In this document: one piece after another, positions 1 to 8,577 of the stretch
Numbering within the stretch: the stretch's first letter is position 1
Layout: every line of letters begins with the position of its first letter
Source of the DNA: Candidatus Woesearchaeota archaeon
GTDB lineage: Archaea; Nanobdellota; Nanobdellia; Pacearchaeales; GW2011-AR1
Direction of reading: 5' to 3'
Assembly: GCA_964613185.1 (NCBI GenBank)
Contig: CAZTIP010000003.1
Coordinates: forward strand, 2,987 to 66,986
Length of the DNA stretch: 64,000 bases
Program-made: the position numbers and the translations under genes
The notes under the pieces: model-generated
Databases searched by the model: none
What the model saw: the letters and a program-made list of their open reading frames with translations, nothing else
What the model was told of the DNA's origin: nothing

Positions 1-1048
1 CTCCTCCCGTCCCGATATTCGTTGCAATTCCAGAAAATAATTCAGAAAGTCGTTTATTGGAAATTTTTCTAGAAACATTTTTTAAAGAAGTCACCAAATC
101 ATATCCATAAATCTCTACTTGCGCAATAATTTTTTTAATTTCAAATCCGATATTTTTATATTCCTTAGACATAGAGATTATCTTCAAAATTTTAACGGGT
201 TCAATATTTGATCCAGAAATAGCCGCCATATGAATTGTAGCAAATGGAAGTTCCTGAGAAATCTTTTTTTGAACAGAACTTGCCTCGCTTGCAGGATAAA
301 GATAAAATGCAATAAACGTAAATCCAGATAGAGCAAACGGAATCCAGGCATAAATAAAATTGCTTAAATTAAATATCAATAAAACTCCAAAAATAATTAT
401 TCCAACTAAAAAGGAAATAGAAATAGACATCAACATCATTGAAAGATAGGTGGACATTAGAAATTTCAAATTAGCTTTTTTCAAATCACGAGAAACACCT
501 CCAAATTTAGGGGAAAGCTTCTCCGAAGATTTTCTAAAAAATTTGTTGGAAAACTTCGCAAAGACATTCGGTCTCAGAGAAGACGTCAATTTTTTTTCAT
601 CCTTAATCCTACTTCTTTCTAAGGAGGTCAAACTTCCTTCAGACAATCTCAAATCTTTCAAAAAAGATTCCCTATCTTCTTTATTAAGTGTAACAAAATT
701 TTTATCTTTCTTAGAGGGGGAAACATAACTTACACGAACGACCTTTTCTTTTTTTTCATCTTTCTTTTTCTTTTTCTTTTCACTTATTCTCCCCCCTAAA
801 ATTTTTTTTATTTTAGAGTTATCTTCAGAATCCCTTTGAATTTTCACATTAACATTTATCGGAGACCATTCTTTCAAAAGTTCTGGAACAGAATTATTCA
901 ATAACTTAAGGTTATTCATCAAAGAATCCAACAATTTAATATACTCATTTCGATGGGGTTCGTCTCCCTTAAGTTTTTCCAAGACGGAATTAATATTAGA
1001 AATAATTTTTTTTTCTTGCAAAATATTTTCTTTTAATCGTTCAAACAT
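1..1048 (-). CDS. Type II/IV secretion system F-domain (TadB/TadC/FlaJ-like) pilus platform membrane protein, runs off left edge
   Basis: Manual translation from ATG at 1048 (MFERLKENIL...); contains TM stretches and ELPFATIHMAAISGS...GYDLVTSLKNV..LSELFSGIATNI typical of GspF domains; next to pilus ATPase. Confidence 0.8.
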   Translation of the reverse strand, partial: MFERLKENILQEKKIISNINSVLEKLKGDEPHRNEYIKLLDSLMNNLKLLNNSVPELLKEWSPINVNVKIQRDSEDNSKIKKILGGRISEKKKKKKDEKKEKVVRVSYVSPSKKDKNFVTLNKEDRESFLKDLRLSEGSLTSLERSRIKDEKKLTSSLRPNVFAKFSNKFFRKSSEKLSPKFGGVSRDLKKANLKFLMSTYLSMMLMSISISFLVGIIIFGVLLIFNLSNFIYAWIPFALSGFTFIAFYLYPASEASSVQKKISQELPFATIHMAAISGSNIEPVKILKIISMSKEYKNIGFEIKKIIAQVEIYGYDLVTSLKNVSRKISNKRLSELFSGIATNIGTGG

Positions 1049-1211
1049 TTTTTCCCAAAATCTCCTCATCAATTTTTTTATGCAAATCAAAAATAAATGT
1101 TCTCAATTCATTCGCTTCATTAAAATTCTTTTGAGAAACTGCAATATCCAATTTAGAAACTGCTTCATCCATAGAATCTACCAAATGTTCAATAAAATTA
1201 ATATCCACCAT
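1041..1211 (-). CDS. Small hypothetical protein (56 aa, MVDINFIEHLVDSMDEAVSKLDIAV...), absent from ORF track
   Basis: ATG 1211, TGA 1041, ATGTTTGA overlap with downstream start suggests translational coupling; AT-rich TATA-like region upstream. Confidence 0.6.
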   Translation of the reverse strand: MVDINFIEHLVDSMDEAVSKLDIAVSQKNFNEANELRTFIFDLHKKIDEEILGKNV

Positions 1212-1257
1212 CTAAAATAATTAAGAATATTTTCTTTATTAATGTTATTAGAAATAA

Positions 1258-1524
1258 TTACTCTGAAGTCAAAGGGTAATGTTTCTCAAACCAAGCTTTC
1301 TCTCTTTCAATTCCCTCATTATCACTTGATTTTAAGGCCCTAACATAAATTTCAAAATGTTTGCAATAAGGAGACTGACTATCATAAATATCAATTTGTT
1401 CTAGTGCCAAACGGTCATCGCAATGAACTTCTCGAAGAAACTCGTAAGTTTCTGCCCTCTTCTCCAAATGCAAATTAGTTAATCCATCCAAATAACTTAA
1501 ATATCCCTTACTTAATCCTTCCAT
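1258..1524 (-). CDS. Hypothetical protein (88 aa)
   Basis: ORF fills intergenic gap, TTTTTAAA box ~25 bp upstream; no motif recognised. Confidence 0.55.
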   Translation of the reverse strand: MEGLSKGYLSYLDGLTNLHLEKRAETYEFLREVHCDDRLALEQIDIYDSQSPYCKHFEIYVRALKSSDNEGIEREKAWFEKHYPLTSE

Positions 1525-1647
1525 AAATTAAAAATTAATTTCCACTTTAAAAACTTTTTCCATATTCAGATTATAATTTAAATGCGCAATAAAAAATTTC
1601 TACTTAGAAATTTTTCTCCAAATAACCAATTAATAGTAAAAACAAAT

Positions 1648-3177
1648 CTAACTTAATCCATACCTCTTCAAAACTGCTTGAGGATTTTTTTGGTATTCAT
1701 TAACAATTTTCTGAACCTCCTCATATGAAAGAATTTTTTCTGTATAAAATTTTTTCAAAAGAGTAGTTCTATTTTCCAGTTCTTTAATCAAATCTTCCCT
1801 TTTCAATCCAAATTTATCGGAAATTTTATCAAAAATCTTGCTTTTATTATTGCTCTGAAAAATATCTTGTGCAGGGTCCCAAATAAATGGAGTATTTGTT
1901 GTAGCAGTTCCATCAGGTTTAACTTCAATAACTTCGGTGATTTCTCGAAGACGACGAGTTTCTTGTCCCTTAACAATCGCGTGAGTCATAATAATCACTG
2001 CATCTAAGCTATCTACCAACATAGGACTTAAGCTAATTGGGGGAGTTTCCAATCTTCGAATAACTGCATCTACAGAATCTGCATGCATTGTAGAAATAGA
2101 TGAATGTCCAGATGCCATCCCTTGAAATAAAACTGAAGCTTCTTTTCCCCTAACTTCACCAACAATAACATAATCGGGATTTTGTCTAAAAGAACTTTTC
2201 AATAAACTAAACATATCAACCTCTCCAATTCCCTCTCCAGAAACTCCGGAACGAACAACTGATGGAAGCCAATTTTCTCGGGGAAGATTCAATTCACGAG
2301 TATCTTCAATCGAAACAACTCTCTTTTCAGGAGGAATAAAAAATGCAATAGCATTCAATAAAGTTGTTTTTCCAGAAGCAGTTCCTCCAACAATCATCAA
2401 GTTAGAATCGTATTCCAAAAGAATCCACAAATAAGCAAGTATATCTGGACTAAGAGTATGAAATCCAATTAATTGAGTAGGTGTCCAAGGAGTCTTTGTA
2501 AATTTACGAATAGTAAATGTTGGGCCTTTAGAACTAATGTCTTTTGTATAAGTTGCATTAACTCTAGAACCATCAGGTAAACTTCCGTCAAGAATAGGGG
2601 AAGCATAAGAAACATATCTTCCAGTTTTCTGAGCAAGTTTTTCTACAAAATTAGTTAAAGAATCTATTGATTTAAATTTAACATTAGTTTTAATATTTCG
2701 AAATACTCGATGAACTATGTAGATGGGTTCACCAAAACCATTACATTCAATATCTTCAATAAAATAATCTTTCATCATAGCTTCAATTTCATTAAGTCCT
2801 ATAAAATTTCGATAAAGGTAATAAAAAATTTTACTAAATGATTCTTCACTAATTTCCAATGCCAATTCGGAAATAATTAATCGAGAGGTTTTATCAATAT
2901 AATCAACCAAATTTTCGGCAGTTTTTTGTTTATCCAACAAATCCATATTTACAACTTCCCTTATTGCATTCTCAATTTTTCCAAGATTCTCATTTTCTTC
3001 AGAGTTCATCAAGGGTTCTTCAACTTCATAAATAATTTCTCCAAGTTTTGCATCCCAATAAATATGGATAGAAACATATGGATCGATAACCATATAACGA
3101 ACATTAATCTTAGTTTTATCTTGCAATTTGGGAATTGATGGAATTCGCGGATTAAAATTTATCTTCATATCACCCAT
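1648..3177 (-). CDS. Type II/IV secretion system ATPase (FlaI/VirB11/TadA family), pilus assembly ATPase
   Basis: Walker A GGTASGKTT, IEDTREL Asp box, RQNPDYVIVGEVRG Walker B, GHSSISTMHA His box. Confidence 0.93.
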   Translation of the reverse strand: MGDMKINFNPRIPSIPKLQDKTKINVRYMVIDPYVSIHIYWDAKLGEIIYEVEEPLMNSEENENLGKIENAIREVVNMDLLDKQKTAENLVDYIDKTSRLIISELALEISEESFSKIFYYLYRNFIGLNEIEAMMKDYFIEDIECNGFGEPIYIVHRVFRNIKTNVKFKSIDSLTNFVEKLAQKTGRYVSYASPILDGSLPDGSRVNATYTKDISSKGPTFTIRKFTKTPWTPTQLIGFHTLSPDILAYLWILLEYDSNLMIVGGTASGKTTLLNAIAFFIPPEKRVVSIEDTRELNLPRENWLPSVVRSGVSGEGIGEVDMFSLLKSSFRQNPDYVIVGEVRGKEASVLFQGMASGHSSISTMHADSVDAVIRRLETPPISLSPMLVDSLDAVIIMTHAIVKGQETRRLREITEVIEVKPDGTATTNTPFIWDPAQDIFQSNNKSKIFDKISDKFGLKREDLIKELENRTTLLKKFYTEKILSYEEVQKIVNEYQKNPQAVLKRYGLS

Positions 3178-3190
3178 AAGAATAATAAGA

Positions 3191-3227
3191 TATTTAACCT
3201 TATTAAACCTTATTAAACCTTATTAAA
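3191..3227. repeat. 10-bp tandem repeat (TATTAAACCT, ~3.7 copies) upstream of pilus ATPase
   Basis: tatttaacct tattaaacct tattaaacct tattaaa read directly. Confidence 0.85.
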
Positions 3228-3771
3228 TTTCTCTAAGATTAACAATTATATTTCCTTCAGAATTTTCTCCAGAATTTTCAATAGTCAATTTATAGGGTGT
3301 TGGAGAGGGTAAAAAGGATTTAGTTCCGGTATCTCCAGATTCAAATTGAATATCTACCCCATATCTTGTTTCTAAATTAACTTCCCAAGGATCATCAAGT
3401 TTAGTCGTAACATCAATTTTCCCAACAGGAACTATGACATCTTCCTCACTATACAAAAAACTAGAATCAACAATCCAAGAAAGTTTATCGTTCCCCATAT
3501 CAATCTTAAATTCTCCATTAGTAATCATAAGTTCAACCATCCTACGATTCCCTACAGAAGAACCAAAAACAATACGGATTTTGTCATCAATGTTTGTTAA
3601 AGCTTCAATAGCTTGATTAATTGCAATTTCATCTTTCTTCGCATCAATTTCTGGTTTAGCAATTGTAAGAACAAGTCCAATTATCGCAAGTCCAATTAAA
3701 GTATAAATTACAGTCTCAATCCAAATTTGACCACCCTTCCCGTTTAATCGCCTCATAAGAAAAAAATGCAT
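3223..3771 (-). CDS. Pilin-like protein with class III signal peptide (start probably ATG ~3756)
   Basis: KGG/QIWIETVIYTLIGLAIIGLV: basic-G-Q...E5 followed by hydrophobic helix. Confidence 0.75.
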   Translation of the reverse strand: MHFFLMRRLNGKGGQIWIETVIYTLIGLAIIGLVLTIAKPEIDAKKDEIAINQAIEALTNIDDKIRIVFGSSVGNRRMVELMITNGEFKIDMGNDKLSWIVDSSFLYSEEDVIVPVGKIDVTTKLDDPWEVNLETRYGVDIQFESGDTGTKSFLPSPTPYKLTIENSGENSEGNIIVNLREI

Positions 3772-3863
3772 TTCCGCTTTATATATTTATCCAAAAAAAA
3801 TAAAAAAATCAGAAGGGTCCCAAAAAGGGACCAAATAAAAATAAAAATAAAAATTAATTGTTT

Positions 3864-4370
3864 TTAAACACAGGCAGGAATAGGGCTAAATGTTGCAGAA
3901 ACATCACAGCTTTCTATAGAATTTCCTAAAGTAATCATAGACGCAATTCCAATAGAATCTGGAGTCATAGTTGAAAACAGAGTCGCCTGGTCAAATTCAT
4001 AGACTGCATTACTATTTGCTCCGGGAAGTGTAGTTGACCCAGTTATACCCGCTGTAATGGCGCCAGTAGAATCAAACAAATTAACACTTGTTGTAGTTCC
4101 AGCCTCACCAATTAAAAATTGTAAGTTTTGAAGAGTATCTACATCAGAACCAGCCCTAACTTGAACTTTCAAATGAGTGCTATTAAAACAAGTATATCCT
4201 GAACCACCAATAGTTAATTCCGAAGTTACAGCCAAACAAGCATTACCTTTATCCAATTGATCACTTACCATAGGTATAATCGCTGCCCAAATAATCGTAA
4301 CAGCTGCAACAGTAATCAAAATAATCAAAACTGTAGCCACAATTGCAGAAACACCTTTTTTATTATTCAT
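3864..4370 (-). CDS. Archaeal type IV pilin (candidate major pilin)
   Basis: MNNKKG/VSAIVATVLIILITVAAV; strong GGAGG RBS; hairpin plus T-rich terminator downstream. Confidence 0.88.
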   Translation of the reverse strand: MNNKKGVSAIVATVLIILITVAAVTIIWAAIIPMVSDQLDKGNACLAVTSELTIGGSGYTCFNSTHLKVQVRAGSDVDTLQNLQFLIGEAGTTTSVNLFDSTGAITAGITGSTTLPGANSNAVYEFDQATLFSTMTPDSIGIASMITLGNSIESCDVSATFSPIPACV

Positions 4371-4433
4371 TATTTTTTATCCTCCTTTCAATTAAATTCA
4401 TTTCGAATTTTTTAAATTTGATTTCGTTTATTC

Positions 4434-4910
4434 TCATAAAATAAACTCCTTACCCATATTTAAACAAGTAAAAACTCTATTTGAACTTTTTCCTTTCGGA
4501 TTCCCAATCAACGCAGGATAAATCATCACACTATCTGCTCTGTCATTATTTTCCATAGCTAAATTAACCGAACCTTCGGCACTTCCACCTTTAAGAATTT
4601 TATAAGAAAACTTTCTAAAAATCGCATTACCACCTTTAAAAAGTTTAATTTCCAGTCTGTAAATATCTACATCCCCTCTATTAATCACTTCCAAAGTATC
4701 TCCATTTATCCCTCCAAGAATTTCCACATCAAATTGAACATCCGAACAAATAGTTTCGATGGGTTGTCCAAATTTTTCAACCTTCTCAGCAATAAATCCT
4801 CTTGCCCAAATAAATATTAAAATAGCCAAAACAAAAACTAGCAAAATTAACAAAACACTTGCAATAACGGGGGTAATCCCTTTCTTATCTTTAGAAAAAC
4901 CTCTTTTCAT
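4434..4910 (-). CDS. Archaeal type IV pilin
   Basis: KKG/ITPVIASVLLILLVFVLA class III signal. Confidence 0.85.
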   Translation of the reverse strand: MKRGFSKDKKGITPVIASVLLILLVFVLAILIFIWARGFIAEKVEKFGQPIETICSDVQFDVEILGGINGDTLEVINRGDVDIYRLEIKLFKGGNAIFRKFSYKILKGGSAEGSVNLAMENNDRADSVMIYPALIGNPKGKSSNRVFTCLNMGKEFIL

Positions 4911-4961
4911 TGAGATAAATAGAACTTCGGATTTATAAATTTATGGAAACCTAAAAAAAAT

Positions 4962-5456
4962 TTAATTACAAATAACACTCTGTGCAGTAAATGAAGGACA
5001 GCTAATATTTACCCCATTTTCTCCAACAATAGTCGGTTGAACTTCAATCAAAGTAATCTCCGTAAATCCCTCTTCAGAATAATCTGAAAACAAATAATTT
5101 TTAGAATTTAAATCGCCGACGGAAACAGGAGCTCCAGAACTATTCAAGGTATAAAATCCAAAATCAGCATCATCCCTATCATGAACTCTCAAAATAAAAC
5201 CATCAACTTCAAACAACCCCTTATTTTTCAAAGTAATATTCACATTTCCATTCAGACCTTTATTACAAGTATAATTTTGTATAACTAAGTTAACTCCTTC
5301 AGGACATTCTTCCAAATCTGATGCACCAACATAAAATTGAAGCCAATTATAAACCAAAACAGAAAGCGAAATCGTAATCGTAATCAACAAAACATAAGCA
5401 ACCATATTGCTAAGTCCTTTTTTCCGATTACCTAATGGAGACAAAATTTTCATCAT
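4962..5456 (-). CDS. Archaeal type IV pilin
   Basis: RKKG/LSNMVAYVLLITITISL class III signal. Confidence 0.82.
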   Translation of the reverse strand: MMKILSPLGNRKKGLSNMVAYVLLITITISLSVLVYNWLQFYVGASDLEECPEGVNLVIQNYTCNKGLNGNVNITLKNKGLFEVDGFILRVHDRDDADFGFYTLNSSGAPVSVGDLNSKNYLFSDYSEEGFTEITLIEVQPTIVGENGVNISCPSFTAQSVICN

Positions 5457-6045
5457 CGACCTCCTTTTGAATTACAAAAATAACTTGGTAAGAGTCTTCA
5501 ATAGGAAAAGAAAATACATCTCCCGAGATAATTACATCGAGAGTGGAACTAGCTCCAAAATCTGCAGAATTAAATTCCCCTTCCCACAAATTAGAAGAAT
5601 CACTATAATCCCAAGAAACACTGTTACTTGTAGAACCATAAGACAAAGTCCCATTAAATTGTGTCCCAGCCCCCCTAATCTCACTACAAGTTTCTGCATC
5701 TCCACTAGCACATGCATAAATTAATTCAGAACCATAATTTTTCAAATAAAGCTGAGAAGAATTCCCATAAATAAACATAAAATTAGCATAAGGATCTTTA
5801 TCCCGAATATCTTCAGAAATATTTTGGACAAATACTGAAAGATTAAATCCAGTCGGAAAACCATTATAAATATCATATTCAATCACAGCACCAGCTTCCC
5901 TTTTCATTTCGTAACTAAAATCTTTCAAATTCACAGGTTCAGGATTTACTTCCGCCCCATTTGCAATCGCACCAAAACTAAGAACTATCACAGAAATAAT
6001 TACAGAAGAAAGAAGAAAAAATTGTCCATTTTTATTTACCACCAT
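5428..6045 (-). CDS. Pilin-like protein with class III signal peptide
   Basis: NKNG/QFFLLSSVIISVIVL; first gene of the pilin cluster. Confidence 0.7.
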   Translation of the reverse strand: MVVNKNGQFFLLSSVIISVIVLSFGAIANGAEVNPEPVNLKDFSYEMKREAGAVIEYDIYNGFPTGFNLSVFVQNISEDIRDKDPYANFMFIYGNSSQLYLKNYGSELIYACASGDAETCSEIRGAGTQFNGTLSYGSTSNSVSWDYSDSSNLWEGEFNSADFGASSTLDVIISGDVFSFPIEDSYQVIFVIQKEVDDENFVSIR

Positions 6046-6120
6046 AAATAATCAACAATTCCATTCTTTATAAATTTAAGGAAAAAATATCATTTTTCAA
6101 AGAACAAATTGGACAAAAAA

Positions 6121-6379
6121 GTAGGTCCGACAATTAGCTCAAATTCACTGAAAAGAGGAAGTTGATTATCCTCAGTTCTGCGACCCTTTAAGCACCTAAA
6201 CTATAACTTAGGGCTGCTTCGTTCCCGACCTGACCCGATTCATCAAAGCAAGATCAAAAAGGACAAAACTTCAACGTCAAACCAACAACATTGACAGCTT
6301 CATCTCACGCCTTGCCTTACAGTCCGCCATAAAGCCCATTTGCGAAACAGCGCAGGGCTAACACGCCAACCTGACCTAC
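6121..6379 (-). ncRNA. ffs: Signal recognition particle (SRP/7S) RNA
   Basis: Minus strand contains helix-8 signature CGGGTCAGGTCGGGAACGAAGCAGCCC; ends GTAGGTC/GACCTAC pair as terminal helix; GC-rich island followed by T-tract. Confidence 0.85.
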
Positions 6380-6431
6380 ATAAAATAATAGAAGAAAAGG
6401 TTTTTAAGACTTATGTTCTAAGAAAATCTAT

Positions 6432-6512
6432 GCCTACATCGCATAATGGTATTGCACCGCCCTGCTAAGGCGGACCCTTCGGGGTACCCAGGTTCGATTC
6501 CTGGTGTAGGCG
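6432..6512 (+). tRNA. tRNA-Ser(GCT)
   Basis: Acceptor GCCTACA/TGTAGGC, anticodon arm CCGCC-CTGCTAA-GGCGG, long variable arm, GGTTCGATTCC, G discriminator. Confidence 0.93.
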
Positions 6513-6631
6513 TAGAATCTAACCGGTGGTTTGGTTTCACAGTAAGCGGAGTGCGACCGAAAGCAACGAGTGTGTTTCACACAAAATAGATTCCTGGCAA
6601 GGGAATATAATAAAATAAAAAAGTAATAAAA

Positions 6632-7399
6632 ATGAAAATAGTATCTTGGAATGTAAATGGGATTAGAGCTGTCTTAAAGAAAGGATTTGAAGATTTCGTT
6701 AAGAATGAAAATCCAGATATATTATGCATTCAAGAAACAAAAGCCCATCCAGATCAGGTAGATGAAATTCTCAATAATTACGAACACCATTTTTGGAATT
6801 CTGCAGAAAAAAAGGGTTATTCTGGAACTGCAATATTTAGTAAGGTAAAACCAATTTCTGTAATTTACGGAGACGGTCCAATGAACGATGATCAAGGAAG
6901 AGTAATCACTTTAGAATTTGAAGAATATTATCTTATCAATGTTTATACCCCAAATTCAAAAAGACAACTAGAAAGATTAGAAGATCGTCAAGTATGGGAT
7001 AAAAATTTTCTAAAATTCATAAAAGATTTTGAACAAAAAAAACCTGTGATTATTTGCGGAGATTTTAATGTAGCTCACAAAGAAATAGATATAGCAAGAC
7101 CTACAGCAAATAAAACAACAGAAAAAAAACCAGGAACAGCAGGATTTACCGATGAAGAGAGGAAAGGAATGGATAATTACATAAATCATGGACTAGTAGA
7201 TACATTCAGAGAATTCAACAATGAACCTGGAAATTATACTTGGTGGAGTTACATGTTTAATGCAAGAGCAAACAACACAGGTTGGAGAATTGACTATTTC
7301 CTAACTTCATCGTCTCTAAAATCAAAATTAAAGGATGCAAAAATTTTATCAAAAATTATGGGGAGCGACCATTGTCCTGTAACATTAGAATTAATATAA
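6632..7399 (+). CDS. xth: Exodeoxyribonuclease III (AP endonuclease)
   Basis: SWNVNGIRA, LCIQETK, GDFNVAH, GWRIDYF, GSDHCP. Confidence 0.96.
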   Translation: MKIVSWNVNGIRAVLKKGFEDFVKNENPDILCIQETKAHPDQVDEILNNYEHHFWNSAEKKGYSGTAIFSKVKPISVIYGDGPMNDDQGRVITLEFEEYYLINVYTPNSKRQLERLEDRQVWDKNFLKFIKDFEQKKPVIICGDFNVAHKEIDIARPTANKTTEKKPGTAGFTDEERKGMDNYINHGLVDTFREFNNEPGNYTWWSYMFNARANNTGWRIDYFLTSSSLKSKLKDAKILSKIMGSDHCPVTLELI

Positions 7400-7458
7400 T
7401 TTGATATCACTAAATAGTAGTCAGAAAGTTTTATAATAATTAAATACCCCTATATTTT

Positions 7459-7531
7459 ATCTAACTTCGGTTAGATCGCTTGACTTCGGTTAAGTGTGAG
7501 AGATTGGACGGCTTCGGTTATTCAATCTCTC
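7459..7531 (+). ncRNA. Candidate small structured RNA with three C(UUCG)G hairpins
   Basis: Hairpins 7459-7476, 7477-7496, 7498-7531; BRE/TATA (GAAAGTTTTATAA) ~23 nt upstream; T-tract directly after. Confidence 0.6.
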
Positions 7532-7607
7532 TTTATTTTTTTCAAAAATTTTTAAACTATAAATAAAATACAACAATACTTATAAACTATTCAAGATAAC
7601 TATAATC

Positions 7608-7934
7608 ATGGACAAAGAAATTGGAAAAATAAGCAAGGGAGAATATCAGGGGGTAACAACAGATATTATCGTCGGTGTTAAAGAATTTAATGGAAGGATA
7701 GGAGTAGATATTCGAGAATTTACGACAAGTGAAGCATACACCGGACCTACAAAAAAAGGATTGAGAATTCCTGCCGAAAGATTTGAAGAATTTCAAAGAA
7801 TGATTAGTTTAATTAGGCCAGAAGATTTGCAAATGGGGAAAACTCCTCAAGAATCTTCTCCAGTGACGGAAAATCTTGAAACTGAAACTTCACAAAACGA
7901 ACCTTCAGGAATTGATGAACAAGGATTAATGTAA
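7608..7934 (+). CDS. PC4/p15-like (Whirly-fold) ssDNA-binding protein with acidic tail
   Basis: VKEFNGRIGVDIREF...GPTKKGLRI matches the PC4 family pattern. Confidence 0.8.
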   Translation: MDKEIGKISKGEYQGVTTDIIVGVKEFNGRIGVDIREFTTSEAYTGPTKKGLRIPAERFEEFQRMISLIRPEDLQMGKTPQESSPVTENLETETSQNEPSGIDEQGLM

Positions 7935-7982
7935 ACTATCAACAAACTTTTATAAACATCCCAATATTATTTATTTTAAGAG

Positions 7983-8576
7983 GTGTGTATGGTTTGGTTA
8001 GAAGTTGAAACAAAAGTGAAGTTGAAGAATTCTGAAGTCGCACCATTAAGGAAAAAAATAAAAAAAATTGCAATTCTTAAAAAAAAGGGTAAAAAAACTG
8101 ATGATTATTTTGCAATTCAAAAAAGAGGTTATCCAAAAAAAGCATTTAGATTTAGGGCAATGAGGGATTCTACAGAAGTAACTTTCAAGAGATGGTTAAA
8201 AAAGTATTGGACAAAAGAAATTGTAGTAAAACAAGAATTTGAATTTAAATTAAAAGATAAAAAAAATAAGGATGCCCTAATAGAACTCTTCAAAGATTTC
8301 GGATTTAAAGAATGGGTTCAGAAAGTTAAAAGAAACGAAACTTACAAACATAAGAAAAATAAGAAAATTTCTATAGAGATTAATCATGTAAAAAATTTAG
8401 GATATTTTATGGAAATTGAATATTTATGTGAAAAGAAAGATATGCAAAAAGCAATCAAGGCAATTCAGGAAACCTTAAATGAGCTTGAAATTAAACCGGA
8501 ACAAATAGAAAACAAAGGATATACAAAAATGCTTTGGGAAAGTGGAAAATTAGGAAAAAGTAAATTTATAAATTAA
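7983..8576 (+). CDS. cyaB: CYTH-domain protein (class IV adenylate cyclase/triphosphatase)
   Basis: N-terminal EVETK (ExExK) motif, VKNLGYFMEIE. Confidence 0.85.
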   Translation: MCMVWLEVETKVKLKNSEVAPLRKKIKKIAILKKKGKKTDDYFAIQKRGYPKKAFRFRAMRDSTEVTFKRWLKKYWTKEIVVKQEFEFKLKDKKNKDALIELFKDFGFKEWVQKVKRNETYKHKKNKKISIEINHVKNLGYFMEIEYLCEKKDMQKAIKAIQETLNELEIKPEQIENKGYTKMLWESGKLGKSKFIN

Positions 8577-8577
8577 T

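Noticed and set aside
7459..7531. Mini CRISPR array or simple terminator of xth
   Set aside because: Only CTTCGGTTA recurs, with no spacers or cas genes; three hairpins with their own TATA box exceed what a terminator needs, though a terminator role is not excluded
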